A DNA stretch of 64,000 bases from Cyanophora paradoxa CCMP329. Its lineage: Eukaryota; Plantae; Glaucophyta. Shown here piece after piece: positions 44,160 through 53,787 of the stretch. Each line of letters opens with the position of its first letter. The first letter of the stretch is position 1. The notes below the pieces were generated by a model. It had not been told where the DNA came from. It searched no databases and worked only from the letters and a program-made list of their open reading frames with translations. The stretch is taken from positions 11,863-75,862 of the forward strand of contig QPMI01000235.1 of NCBI GenBank assembly GCA_004431415.1, in the 5' to 3' direction. Made by a program: the position numbers and the translations under genes.

Positions 44160-47100
44160 GGGGAACCGTGCTGTAATAGTCATCCGAAATTATCTTGCGC
44201 TTTGTGTATTCCGTCTTATTTAATACTCTGCTGAAAGGAATTTGGATGATAGAACTAAAGCCAATCCCTGCCTCGCGTTGCTTTCCATTCGGTTTGAAGA
44301 CACGAGCAAGTTTAGACTCAATTGTGCATTCTGGCTGATACCTGCTCTCGAGCATCTGCTTGAACGCTTCCAAAGCGACCCGTGACTCGAGGTGCCCCTT
44401 CCTCATCTCCGGATCACTCGAAAGCCAGTTCTCTTCTATCCAGCTCTTCGGAATTCCTTTCGCACGCACATGCACGTCAGACTCCCCATTCGCCTTCACA
44501 AAACGACAGCAGTAAACCTTTGGGCCAACAAAGTATGCCTCCACAATTTGCCCTTGGATGTCGTAATCTAGTTTTCCCAGCTCGTTCTCGCATATCGCCC
44601 TGTTTGCCTCTTCTTCGCTCATACCCTCCAAAGAGTATGGTCGTTTCATGCAATCAGTCACCAGCTCTGCAAATTTCCTGTGCACAACAAGAGAGTCGGT
44701 GTCCGTGTAAAACGGCATGGCTTCGATGTCTTTGTAAGAGTTCATCTTTACTAGGAACCTGTCCATGATCTCGCGACTGTAGGAGAGAATAAATGCTCCA
44801 ATGAAGCAGGGCTTCGACACACAAGCATCACGTTTGCTCTCTGGTACTTCGTATGTCACATACATCCGTGTTTCACTCTCAATTTCGATGTCTGTAATCG
44901 TAGACGTCCGCTGGAGCTCTTTAAATCGGCGATAATTAGAAACTAGCTCCGTGGTTTCGATCACTGCCCGCTGGGCAAATTTGCCGTAGAGACCATTTAG
45001 TTGAATCTTTGCTGTTGCGTACTGAGCTGTGCCCTTCCTTGAACGTGCCTTCATACAATACAACTTCTCGATGTAATCTTTAAACATTCGCTCCTTGCCT
45101 TCAAATAAATACACCTCGTGAACCTCTGTTATTTCGACCCCAAGCGCTATCGCCCTATAGATATCGACCGATGTATACATCTCTCGCTCGATCGGTTTTA
45201 GGTTCGACCACCCCAAATTCGACTCGTGGCGTGGTAGCGGAGAAAGCACAAGGTCCTGAGGAATTTTCGCACTGATGCTCGCAATGAACAGTTGCTCCAT
45301 TTTTCGACTTAGCATGAACTTTCGAAAACGCTCCAAAGCCTCCGGTTCATTGATCACCTTAAATTTACCTGTCGGAAACTGGTTAAAGTACATTGCGGTC
45401 GGATAAAGAGAGACCACATCCAGATCTACCAAGAAATCATCTGGACCCTTCGAGACAAACTTGCGTTTGAATGGCAAACAGCGACCTCCGTAAATAGCCC
45501 TGCGAAAAACCTGATCTTCGCTATACTTTGGAAGGTGCAGCTCTGTCTTCATCAGCTGCCGGTAAATCTGAAATGCCATCGATGAAGCTGTAAGTGTCTG
45601 CTTAGAATTCACATTAATTCCAAATAGCTCAAAGCACGTACTCGAATATTTCATGTATAGCTCCGTCATCGATCGCACGTCGGCTCTAAGATATTCTCCC
45701 CATTCCTCTTTGTGTGTCTCAACATCTGCCCACGTCTTGATCTTGCGATGGTCAAAGTCTCCTTTGATCGTTGTGCAGCCGTAGTCCTTTCCAGCCTGTT
45801 TTAGTGAACCTTGAATATGTAGGCACGGGTCAAAACTTGTCAACTCTCCTCCTGCTGACGTCTTCCACTTCATACTCTTAATCTTGCCCGAGGAGCGCAT
45901 GACGTTCACCTGGCTGTCTGGCCGATTCTCAATCAGCCATCGGTATATGAATATCAGATCAAAACCCGCACCGTTGTAAAATACTACTGTGGTCTTCTCT
46001 GCCCAATCATCCAGCCATTGCATAAATTGATTTAATGTTTCAGGACCGTAGAACATCTTGGTTCCTACAATTTCGCCCTTGCAAATTATGTCTGTGTCAA
46101 CAGCATATGGAACGTGGGTCTTGCCATCGCAAGGAAATGTTTCAAAGTCCGCCCCTATCACGCTCTCCATTGCCGTAAATTCACTCTCCTTCTCGCAAGG
46201 GGTGATCTTTCTTCCAATGACACCTTTGTTTCTGATGGCCGCAACGCATTTGTTTGTGTGATCTTCAATTGGATTGTAGGCGCAACGGCATCTAGTACAA
46301 AACTGACAAGTTACCTTGTGCCTTTCCAGTTCCAACTGCATTTTCCCGCAGGCACTGCACTTCTCCATTTCAGTTGTTCTTTTATCCTTAATCAGGTAGC
46401 AGTGCGCCTCGACAATACAAAGGTGAGCACGCTTTTCAAATCCTAGATCGGTTGCAAAAAGCGGCTTAAATTTTCCTTGCGAAAACTCAAAAACACTCGT
46501 GTCTATTCTGTAAAAACCGCTCAGCTTATTAATTGTCGGCACATCAACTGATATCAATCCTCGCCGTAGTCCTAGCTGTGTTCTAATCCCTCCATAGTCC
46601 AATCTCTGAAGCTGCTTGTAAATTCGATCTAGGCTTATTCTTCCAGGATTCAGCTTTACATATTCAAAGCACTCTAACACGCAATTGTCCTCTGGTGAAA
46701 TCGGACAGTAGATCTTATTCATGGTCAGGGCTTTGCCGTTGAATGGGAGCTTTGGAACGTTTCCCAGTGCACCTGCAGCGTTCTCTGCAATTAGCACCTC
46801 TATTTTCACTACTGGCCAGAGGTCATTGTCTTCGTATGGCTGTTGCGCTAGCATCCATTGTTCCATCTTTTCAGCCAAGTTTGACAACAGCGAGTGCATT
46901 GTGCCCTCTTCGATTGTTGCAAGTTGAGTGCGATACATGCGAAAGTTATCGAAATGAAAGCGAATTAGGACGCTTGATCCAATCCTCGCTGGCACTCGCA
47001 GCTCTCTCAGAAACACGATCGTGATCTCTTTCACTCGCTCAGGCATTGGAGTCGGTTCAATATCCAAAACATCCTTGGTAAATAACAACCCCGGATATGC

Positions 47101-47448
47101 ATAGTGGGCATAATTTAACACGGTATCGCCTCGACCACTCTCGCGAAACAAATTCGAGATCCCATACTCAACAATATCATCAAACTCTCGCGTGGTTGCA
47201 ATTCGAGCATTGCGTTCGCTATCAAAATGTCTTGTTATCCATGCCTCGTACAAAGGGCGCTGCGGCCGGTTCGTCTGCCTAAGTCTGAGCAATGTCGCTA
47301 GATTTGCTCGAAGATTTTGTGTGTGGGTTCCCCTCTGTGGGTCTGCTAGCCGCAACAGTGTGTTCAAATATGTTCCGTTAATGTACCTAAGAGTGTGTAG
47401 CTCCTGCGCAAGGCTCCGAATTTCCGCTCTCAGATTGTTCCTGTCCAT
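44122..47448 (-). CDS. polB: Protein-primed family B DNA polymerase (pPolB) with N-terminal extension
   Basis: Exonuclease ADFET, YNGAGFD, YLRADV; polymerase DVVSLYP, KIQLNGLYGKF, YTDTDS, KVY, KGI. Confidence 0.97.
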   Translation of the reverse strand: MDRNNLRAEIRSLAQELHTLRYINGTYLNTLLRLADPQRGTHTQNLRANLATLLRLRQTNRPQRPLYEAWITRHFDSERNARIATTREFDDIVEYGISNLFRESGRGDTVLNYAHYAYPGLLFTKDVLDIEPTPMPERVKEITIVFLRELRVPARIGSSVLIRFHFDNFRMYRTQLATIEEGTMHSLLSNLAEKMEQWMLAQQPYEDNDLWPVVKIEVLIAENAAGALGNVPKLPFNGKALTMNKIYCPISPEDNCVLECFEYVKLNPGRISLDRIYKQLQRLDYGGIRTQLGLRRGLISVDVPTINKLSGFYRIDTSVFEFSQGKFKPLFATDLGFEKRAHLCIVEAHCYLIKDKRTTEMEKCSACGKMQLELERHKVTCQFCTRCRCAYNPIEDHTNKCVAAIRNKGVIGRKITPCEKESEFTAMESVIGADFETFPCDGKTHVPYAVDTDIICKGEIVGTKMFYGPETLNQFMQWLDDWAEKTTVVFYNGAGFDLIFIYRWLIENRPDSQVNVMRSSGKIKSMKWKTSAGGELTSFDPCLHIQGSLKQAGKDYGCTTIKGDFDHRKIKTWADVETHKEEWGEYLRADVRSMTELYMKYSSTCFELFGINVNSKQTLTASSMAFQIYRQLMKTELHLPKYSEDQVFRRAIYGGRCLPFKRKFVSKGPDDFLVDLDVVSLYPTAMYFNQFPTGKFKVINEPEALERFRKFMLSRKMEQLFIASISAKIPQDLVLSPLPRHESNLGWSNLKPIEREMYTSVDIYRAIALGVEITEVHEVYLFEGKERMFKDYIEKLYCMKARSRKGTAQYATAKIQLNGLYGKFAQRAVIETTELVSNYRRFKELQRTSTITDIEIESETRMYVTYEVPESKRDACVSKPCFIGAFILSYSREIMDRFLVKMNSYKDIEAMPFYTDTDSLVVHRKFAELVTDCMKRPYSLEGMSEEEANRAICENELGKLDYDIQGQIVEAYFVGPKVYCCRFVKANGESDVHVRAKGIPKSWIEENWLSSDPEMRKGHLESRVALEAFKQMLESRYQPECTIESKLARVFKPNGKQREAGIGFSSIIQIPFSRVLNKTEYTKRKIISDDYYSTVPHEYIGQNSGGIL

Positions 47449-47549
47449 TATGAATAGGTCTCTACAATATTGGCTGACCGAAAACTTTTTGCGATTTAAT
47501 CGCGCACAATCTCTGATTGCTAGTATGAGTGCGAGAAACCTTTAAGCCA

Positions 47550-47820
47550 TGCAACTAACTGCAAGACTTGTCTCCGGCTCGGTCTCCGGGATCCGGCTTG
47601 GATCCGGCTTGAGCTTGGCAGCCGCTCGTTCTCGGGCTAGCAATCCGCACACTATCAGCGTACTATCAGCGCACTATCAGCGCACTATCAGCGCCAATCT
47701 TTTGTGTGTCACGTATCTCGCCGTTTTCTCGCCACGTCACAGCGTCACGTCATGGCGTCCGCAAAGTTTTCTTAGGAACTTGACCCTCCGAATTAAAACA
47801 ATTAAAACAATTAAAACAAA
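47550..47820. promoter_or_regulatory. Non-coding control region with short tandem repeats: (ACTATCAGCGC)x4 and (AATTAAAAC)x3
   Basis: Repeats at ~47651-47694 and 47791-47817, between the polB start and the right TIR. Function inferred. Confidence 0.5.
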
Positions 47821-47848
47821 AGAAAGGTAAAGTCATCGACACATCTCC

Positions 47849-48345
47849 AGAGGCCGCACCAGACCGCTAAAAGGGGCCCGTTTCTTACTGAAGTCACGCC
47901 TATAGATTTTGCTGAACGCGTTTCCTCAGCTAGCTCGATGCACACATTTATTTCGTCTAGCTTTACCTTAACGCTCTTTCCTCGTTTAGCTTCTCTGTAC
48001 TCGCCCTCACGCCTATAGTTAATGCTGAACGCGTTTCCTCAGTTAGCTCAATGCACACATTAATATCGCCTAGCCTATTCTGCTACGTTGCTCTACAGAC
48101 CGCGCGCATGGGGGGCAGCGCTCCTCTTCGCCTATTCTAGTTGTCAGCTCTGTCCTGAATAGTCGTTAGATATTTCTTTGTTAAGACTCCGGCCCGAGTC
48201 TGGTAGACCTGGGAATTAGGGGCTCGTAGACGTACAAGGTGAATTAACTGAAGATGGGGTGGAGGTATACACTGGAAACGCATGGAATCGGGGGCAATGG
48301 AGCGAAGCGGAATTGCCCGGTCGTGAGGTCCATGCGTATACAACA
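47849..48345 (-). repeat. Right terminal inverted repeat (497 bp)
   Basis: Ends CCATGCGTATACAACA, followed by the TSD CGCATG. Confidence 0.97.
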
Positions 48346-49464
48346 CGCATGCCCCGCGGCCGTCGCGCGCGTGAGGCGTGGCGGTTGCACGAGTGCGCAT
48401 GTGCTGCGGGTGCACGTGCGTCACGGCGTTGCTATATAGCTAGGGGCTGGCCTAGGCCTCCGCGCGATCTGGGCGCGGGCGCGGGGACGCTGCTCAAGCT
48501 CACGTTCCGCTCATGATCAAAAAGCGGCGCAGCGGGCCAGCTCATGATCATGATCAGCGGCGCCGGCTGCAGCAGGCATGCGCATCGCGCGCGCGGGGGG
48601 GCTCCGGATCCGCGCGCCGCGCGGGCGTCGGCTTGTTGCAAGTGGCATAGCCGGCCAAGTGCGGGCGGCTTGCGGCCGGCTTGTGCAATTGCGTCGGGTC
48701 GCGGTTGGCGCGGGTGAAGCGTGCGCGGCTGGCGCGGCTAGCCGCTGAGCCACAGCAAGCTGCCGCGCGCGCGAGAGGCGTAACCATTGTTGAGCCAAGC
48801 CGAGCTGCGGCGCCCGGGGGAGAAAGCGGCCGGGGGGTACTTTAAGAGGTTTCGCAGGGTAAGTTCGCACTCTCCAATGCGATTGGCTAGCACGCGCGGC
48901 GTCCTCCTACGCGACCGCGCTCGCGCCCGGCCTCGCTCTTGCAGTACGGAATGTCGGGCATAATGCAAGCATTGACCTCGAACTGGTCCGGCCCGTATAT
49001 CTGCTCCCTGTGCGTCGCTGGACCCCTTTTTGTCCCGGGTGTTGGTGCCTGTTCCTGGATCACCCTTTGGTCGGACGGGACCGGGAGACACGGTTTCGGG
49101 GTCCCCTGGGGATGGGCTTTCAGGGTGTACCACGCGGCCCGGGTTTTGAGGAGGTCGGGGAAATGGGATTTGGGGTAGGGTTGGGCCCGAGGGACAGGGA
49201 CAGGGGAAGTGCCTTTTGATTATCGTTTTGTTAAATGAGCGGGATCGATCCGATCCGCACTAAGCCACTTTTTAAGAGTAAAGCGGGTCCCTGCATGCCG
49301 AATTCGAGCTCGGTGCCCAGCGGATCGGAAATCGGGTCTCGCCGGCGGCCCCCGGGGACCCCCTCGGAAACCGTTCCTAGGGCGGGCGCCGGCCCAAACG
49401 CACCGCCAGGAGTCGAGAGCGCGGCTATCAACAGGGATGAACGCGCAGAGGCTGCCGGCACCCT

Positions 49465-49550
49465 TCTTCGTGCGGGCCGGGGTACGCGTGCGGTTCTGCG
49501 GGAGGCTCTCATCTTCGAATCATGGGTTCGAATCCCGGCGGGAGACTTTT
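49465..49550 (+). pseudogene. Degenerate tRNA-Glu(CTC)-like sequence / B-box
   Basis: CT-CTC-AT anticodon loop, GGTTCGAATCCC T arm and TTTT terminator; D arm and acceptor stem do not fold properly. Confidence 0.4.
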
Positions 49551-49716
49551 GTCCTGCGAGCAGAGCGGCGCTTTCCACGCCAATAGCCATGCTCCTCGGC
49601 CGCGGCGTCGCTCTCTCGGCGCGCCCCGTGCGCGTGCGCGCGTTGAAAAGGGACCCCGAGCGAGTCGGCTCCTCGGCGCGCTCCACGAGGTCCGCACCCG
49701 CAGACGCTCTCGGAGG

Positions 49717-50977
49717 ATGGCCCGCATCAAGCAGACGGTGAGCGAGAGCGCCCGCCCCGCGCTCTTCTCCTCGTCCTCGTCGTCCGCCTTGCAGCCGATC
49801 ATATGCATCGTGTCTCATGTCCGCCGTCTCTCGCAGGCAAAGAAGAGCACCGGCGGCAAGGCGCCGCGCAAGAAGCTGGCTACCAAGGCGGCCCGCCGCT
49901 CGGCTCCGGCGGCAGGCGGGGTGCGTGATGTCGCAGCGCGCGTCGCGTCCCAGCCGGAGCGCCGGCGCCGCATCCCGCGGCCGGCGCGTCTAACGTGTGC
50001 GCATGCGCACCGCAGGTGAAGAAGCCGCACCGCTACCGCCCTGGTCGTCTCCCTCCCCGCCCCGCGGCCGCGCTCTAGCTCAATGCAAGCTACGCCACAT
50101 GCATGCATGCACGCATACACGCAGCTATAGCTAGCTATAGATGCACCCCGCCCGCGCGCGCCGCTCCGGCCTCTCTCTCTCTCTCGCTCGCTCTCACCGA
50201 TTCCTGACGCGCGTACCGCGCCGGTCGTCGGGCGGCGGCGGCGACGGAAAGGCACGGTGGCGCTCCGCGAGGTGCGCATGCATGCCGAGCCTACCGTAGC
50301 TGAGCCGACTCTGCGCCTGCGCGCCGCCTGATCCCGCGTCGCATCGCAGATCCGCAAGTACCAAAAGGTGGGCGCTGCCGCCGCGCTGCCGCCGGCCCGC
50401 CGCCGCGGGGCCCGGGCCCCGTGGCCCCGGGATCGTTCGACTGAGACCGCGGACGCAGACGACGAACCCGCTGATCCCCTACGCGCCCTTTAAGCGCCTC
50501 GTCCGCCTTCCCGCCCCCTTTTCCCGCCGCACCCCCGCACTCCCTGCCACGTCGTTTTCGCGCCCGCGCGGCGCAGGTCCAGGAGATCGGGAGCGAGATT
50601 GCCAAGGAGAAGAACGAGGAGGGGGCAGACCCCAAGATCGAGCTCCGCTGGACGCGCGAGGCCATCGAGTGCCTGCGCGAGGCCAGCGAGATGGTCCGCC
50701 GCGTTTGCGCCCCGGCCCCGCCCCCCTCGACCCCAAGGGCGCGCTTCCCACGCTCGCTTTGCCCGCCTCTGCGCAGCAACTCATCAAGCACTTTGAGGAG
50801 GCGAACCTCTTGGCGATCCACCGCAGGCGCATCACCATCCAGCCCAAGGTGCGGCCCCCCGCCACCGCCAAGCCCCCTGCGCCCGACCCCCTGCCCCGCG
50901 CGCTCCGTTCTGTCCAGGACATTCAGCTCGCCCGCCGCATCCGCGGCGAGCCTGCGACGGAGCCCACGGCCTCCTGA
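49717..50977 (+). CDS. Histone H3 variant, CENH3/CENP-A-like histone fold (9 exons, ~153 aa)
   Basis: Spliced product of 8 GT-AG introns: [153 protein letters not shown]. Confidence 0.92.
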
Positions 50978-51344
50978 TCGCGACGGCGGCGGTCCAACAG
51001 CGGTCCGCGCAGAGGCCCGTCTCGGTCCGTCGCCCCTGCCCTCCTCTCCCTTCGCCCCCCCTTTCCCCGTACCCCCCCCCACCCCCCCCCACGCCGAGCC
51101 TCACCGGCGCGCGCGGCCGTGGCCAGCTCCGGGCTTGGCCGAGAGCCGGCGAGCCTGGCGTCGCCCTCCCTCCCCCCTTCTCTCCCCCCCTCCCCTCCCC
51201 CCCCCCCCCCCTTTCCCCCCTCCTGTTTCTCTCCCGACTCGCCGCTCTCTCCCTCGTGCGAGAGCACCGCTGCTTCTGTACAGCAATGACCACACCGCAC
51301 GCATACCCCCCGGGCCCTGTCTAAGAGGCGCGCGTCTAAGAGGG

Positions 51345-52116
51345 CGGCTTTGAGCGAAGCCTGGACGTAAATGGGAAACGCAGTACCCCCAGGGGGCGAG
51401 CTGAGCGTGGCCGGAGGGAGAGAGGAGAGAGGGGGGAGGGGCGGCCTTGAACAAAGCCTGGACGTAAATGGGAAACGCAGTACCCCCAGGGGGCGAGCTG
51501 AGCTTGGCCGGAGGGAGAGAGGGGGGAGGGGCGGCCTTGAGCAAAGCCTGGACGTAAATGGGAAACGCAGTACCCCCAGGGGGGCAAGCTGAGCTTGGCC
51601 AGAGGGAGAGAGGAGAGAGAGAGAGAGGGCAGCTTTGAGCAAAGCCTGGACGTAAATGGGAAACGCAGTACCCCCCAGGGGGGCGAGCTGAGCGTGGCCG
51701 GAGGGAGAGAGGGAGGAGGAGCCCCTTGAGCGAAGCCTGGACGTAAATGGGAAACGCAGTACCCCCCAGGGGGGCGAGCTGAGCTTGGCCGGAGGGCGAG
51801 AGGAGAGAGAGGGAGAGAGAGGGCAGCTTTGAGCAAAGCCTGGACGTAAATGGGAAACGCAGTACCCCCAGGGGGGCGAGCTGAGCTTGGCCGGAGGGAG
51901 AGAGGAGAGAGAGAGAGAGAGAGGGCAGCTTTGAGCAAAGCCTGGACGTAAATGGGAAACGCAGTACCCCCCAGGGGGGCGAGCCTCGGAGCTGAGCTTG
52001 GCCGGAGGGAGAGAGGGAGGAGGAGCCCCTTGAGCGAAGCCTGGATGTAAATGGGAAACGCAGTACCCCCAGGGGGCAGGCTGAGCGTGGGCGGAGGGAG
52101 TGACGGGAGGGGGGAG

Positions 52117-52174
<58 letters not shown>

Positions 52175-53012
52175 CGGGGGCAGAGAAATGCAGGACCCCA
52201 GGCGATCTCCCCCTCCCTCTCCTCCTCCCATCAGCCAAACGGAGCACATGATCGGCGATAGTCATTATGAGCAATATTAATATTACCTGCAGAACTGAAT
52301 GCGTATGGTCCCAACCTAGAATGCCTCATGATCATCTTATCTAGAACTTTCAGCTTCTGAGCCTCACGATGCGCATCTAGATTTAAATTAGCCCCTCTTT
52401 CTCCTATGATCCGTCTCTCGCTTTTCCTGCTTGGAATGTCTTTCTTGAAGTTTCAAGCTCATGATCGATTTCGATATATATTGCCGCTGTCCAAAGTCGA
52501 ATCTTTTGTTGTTAAAACAAACTTCTGGCAACTCTCCTCTGCCGAGAGGAGGGCCCCGGGGTACAACGTTTCCCATTATCGTCCTGGGCTCCCCTATGGC
52601 GGGCGGGGGGCGCTCCGGATCCGCAGAGAGGAGGGCCCCGGGGTACAGCGTTTCCCATTATCGTCCAGGGCTCCCCTATGGCGGGCGGGGGGCGCTCCGG
52701 ATCCGCAGAGAGGAGGGCCCCGGGGTACAGCGTTTCCCATTATCGTCCAGGGCTCCCCTATGGCGGGCGGGGGGCGCTCCGGATCCGCAGAGAGGAGGGC
52801 CCCGGGGTACAGCGTTTCCCATTATCGTCCAGGGCTCCCCTATATATGGCGGGGGCGCCTCCGCAGAGAGGAGGGCCCCGGGCTTTCACGCGGGCCATCC
52901 GAGTCGCTTTATATATATTATATGGTTTGATAGGCGTGCCCGTCGCCAGTCGTGTATATATCGATATCATAGTATGCAACCTAGGCCTCGAGCTCTTTAT
53001 ATCATACCGTCG
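51345..53012 (+). repeat. Left arm of a large inverted repeat (8 x ~90-105-bp A units, poly-G, ~360-bp unique core, 4 x 82-bp B units)
   Basis: Reverse complement of ~55995-57690; near-identical ORF translations 52406+ and 56668-. Confidence 0.92.
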
Positions 53013-53017
53013 TCCTC

Positions 53018-53787
53018 TGCGCCCGATTTAGAACACGGGCCGGGGCGCGGGGCCGGGGGCGAACCTCGAGCGCATGGTATCGCTCGAGGTGGCGGGATCC
53101 GGCCAGCTCGCCCCGTACCCCCTCTGAACGCGCCCGCGCCCGATTTAGAACACGGGCCGGGGCGCGGGGCCGGGGGCGTGCCTTCTGGTATCGCTCGAGG
53201 TGGCGGGATCCGGCCAGCTCGCCCCATACCCCCCTCTGAACGCGCCCGCGCCCGATTTAGAACACGGGCCGGGGCGCGGGGGCCGGGGGCGTGCCTTCTG
53301 GTATCGCTCGAGGTGGCGGGATCCGGCCAGCTCGCCCCGTACCCCCCTCTGAACGCGCCCGCGCCCGATTTAGAACACGGGCCGGGGCGCGGGGGCCGGG
53401 GGCGTGCCTTCTGGTATCGCTCGAGGTGGCGGGATCCGGCCAGCTCGCCCCGTACCCCCCTCTGAACGCGCCCGCGCCCGATTTAGAACACGGGCCGGGG
53501 CGCGGGGGCCGGGGGCGTGCCTTCTGGTATCGCTCGAGGTGGCGGGATCCGGCCAGCTCGCCCCGTACCCCCCTCTGAACGCGCCCGCGCCCGATTTAGA
53601 ACACGGGGCGGGGGCGCGCGGGGACGGGGCGCACCGCCCGGGTTCGCTCGAGGTGGCGGGATCCGGTCAGCTCGCCCCGTACCCCCCTCTGAACGCGCCC
53701 GCGCCCGATCTAGAACACGGGGCGGGGGCGCGCGGGGACGGGGCGCACCGCCCGGGTTCGCTCGAGGTGGCGGGATCCGGCCAGCTC
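53018..53787 (+). repeat. Tandem array, ~113-bp unit x7
   Basis: CTCGAGGTGGCGGGATCCGGCCAGCTCGCCCCGTACCCCCCTCTGAACG recurs; ORF starts 53291, 53404 and 53517 are 113 bp apart. Confidence 0.93.

Larger units (their letters stand above)
26716..48345. mobile_element. Endogenous Polinton-like virus / Maverick-type element, 21,630 bp
   Basis: 497-bp TIRs, 6-bp TSD CGCATG (26710-26715 and 48346-48351), sharp drop in GC, and intronless pPolB, rve integrase, ATPase, MCP and penton genes. Confidence 0.97.

Noticed and set aside
26716-48345. Classification as a canonical virophage or canonical Maverick
   Set aside because: No adenain/Ulp1-like maturation protease ORF was recognised and the MCP looks shorter than typical virophage MCPs; left as Polinton-like pending phylogeny.
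49465-49550. Functional tRNA-Glu gene
   Set aside because: The acceptor stem and D arm do not pair and the spacing is too long; kept only as a relic.
52117-52174. Long poly-G tract as a functional G-quadruplex element
   Set aside because: Its length differs from the mirrored poly-C in the other arm, and homopolymer lengths are unreliable in assemblies.
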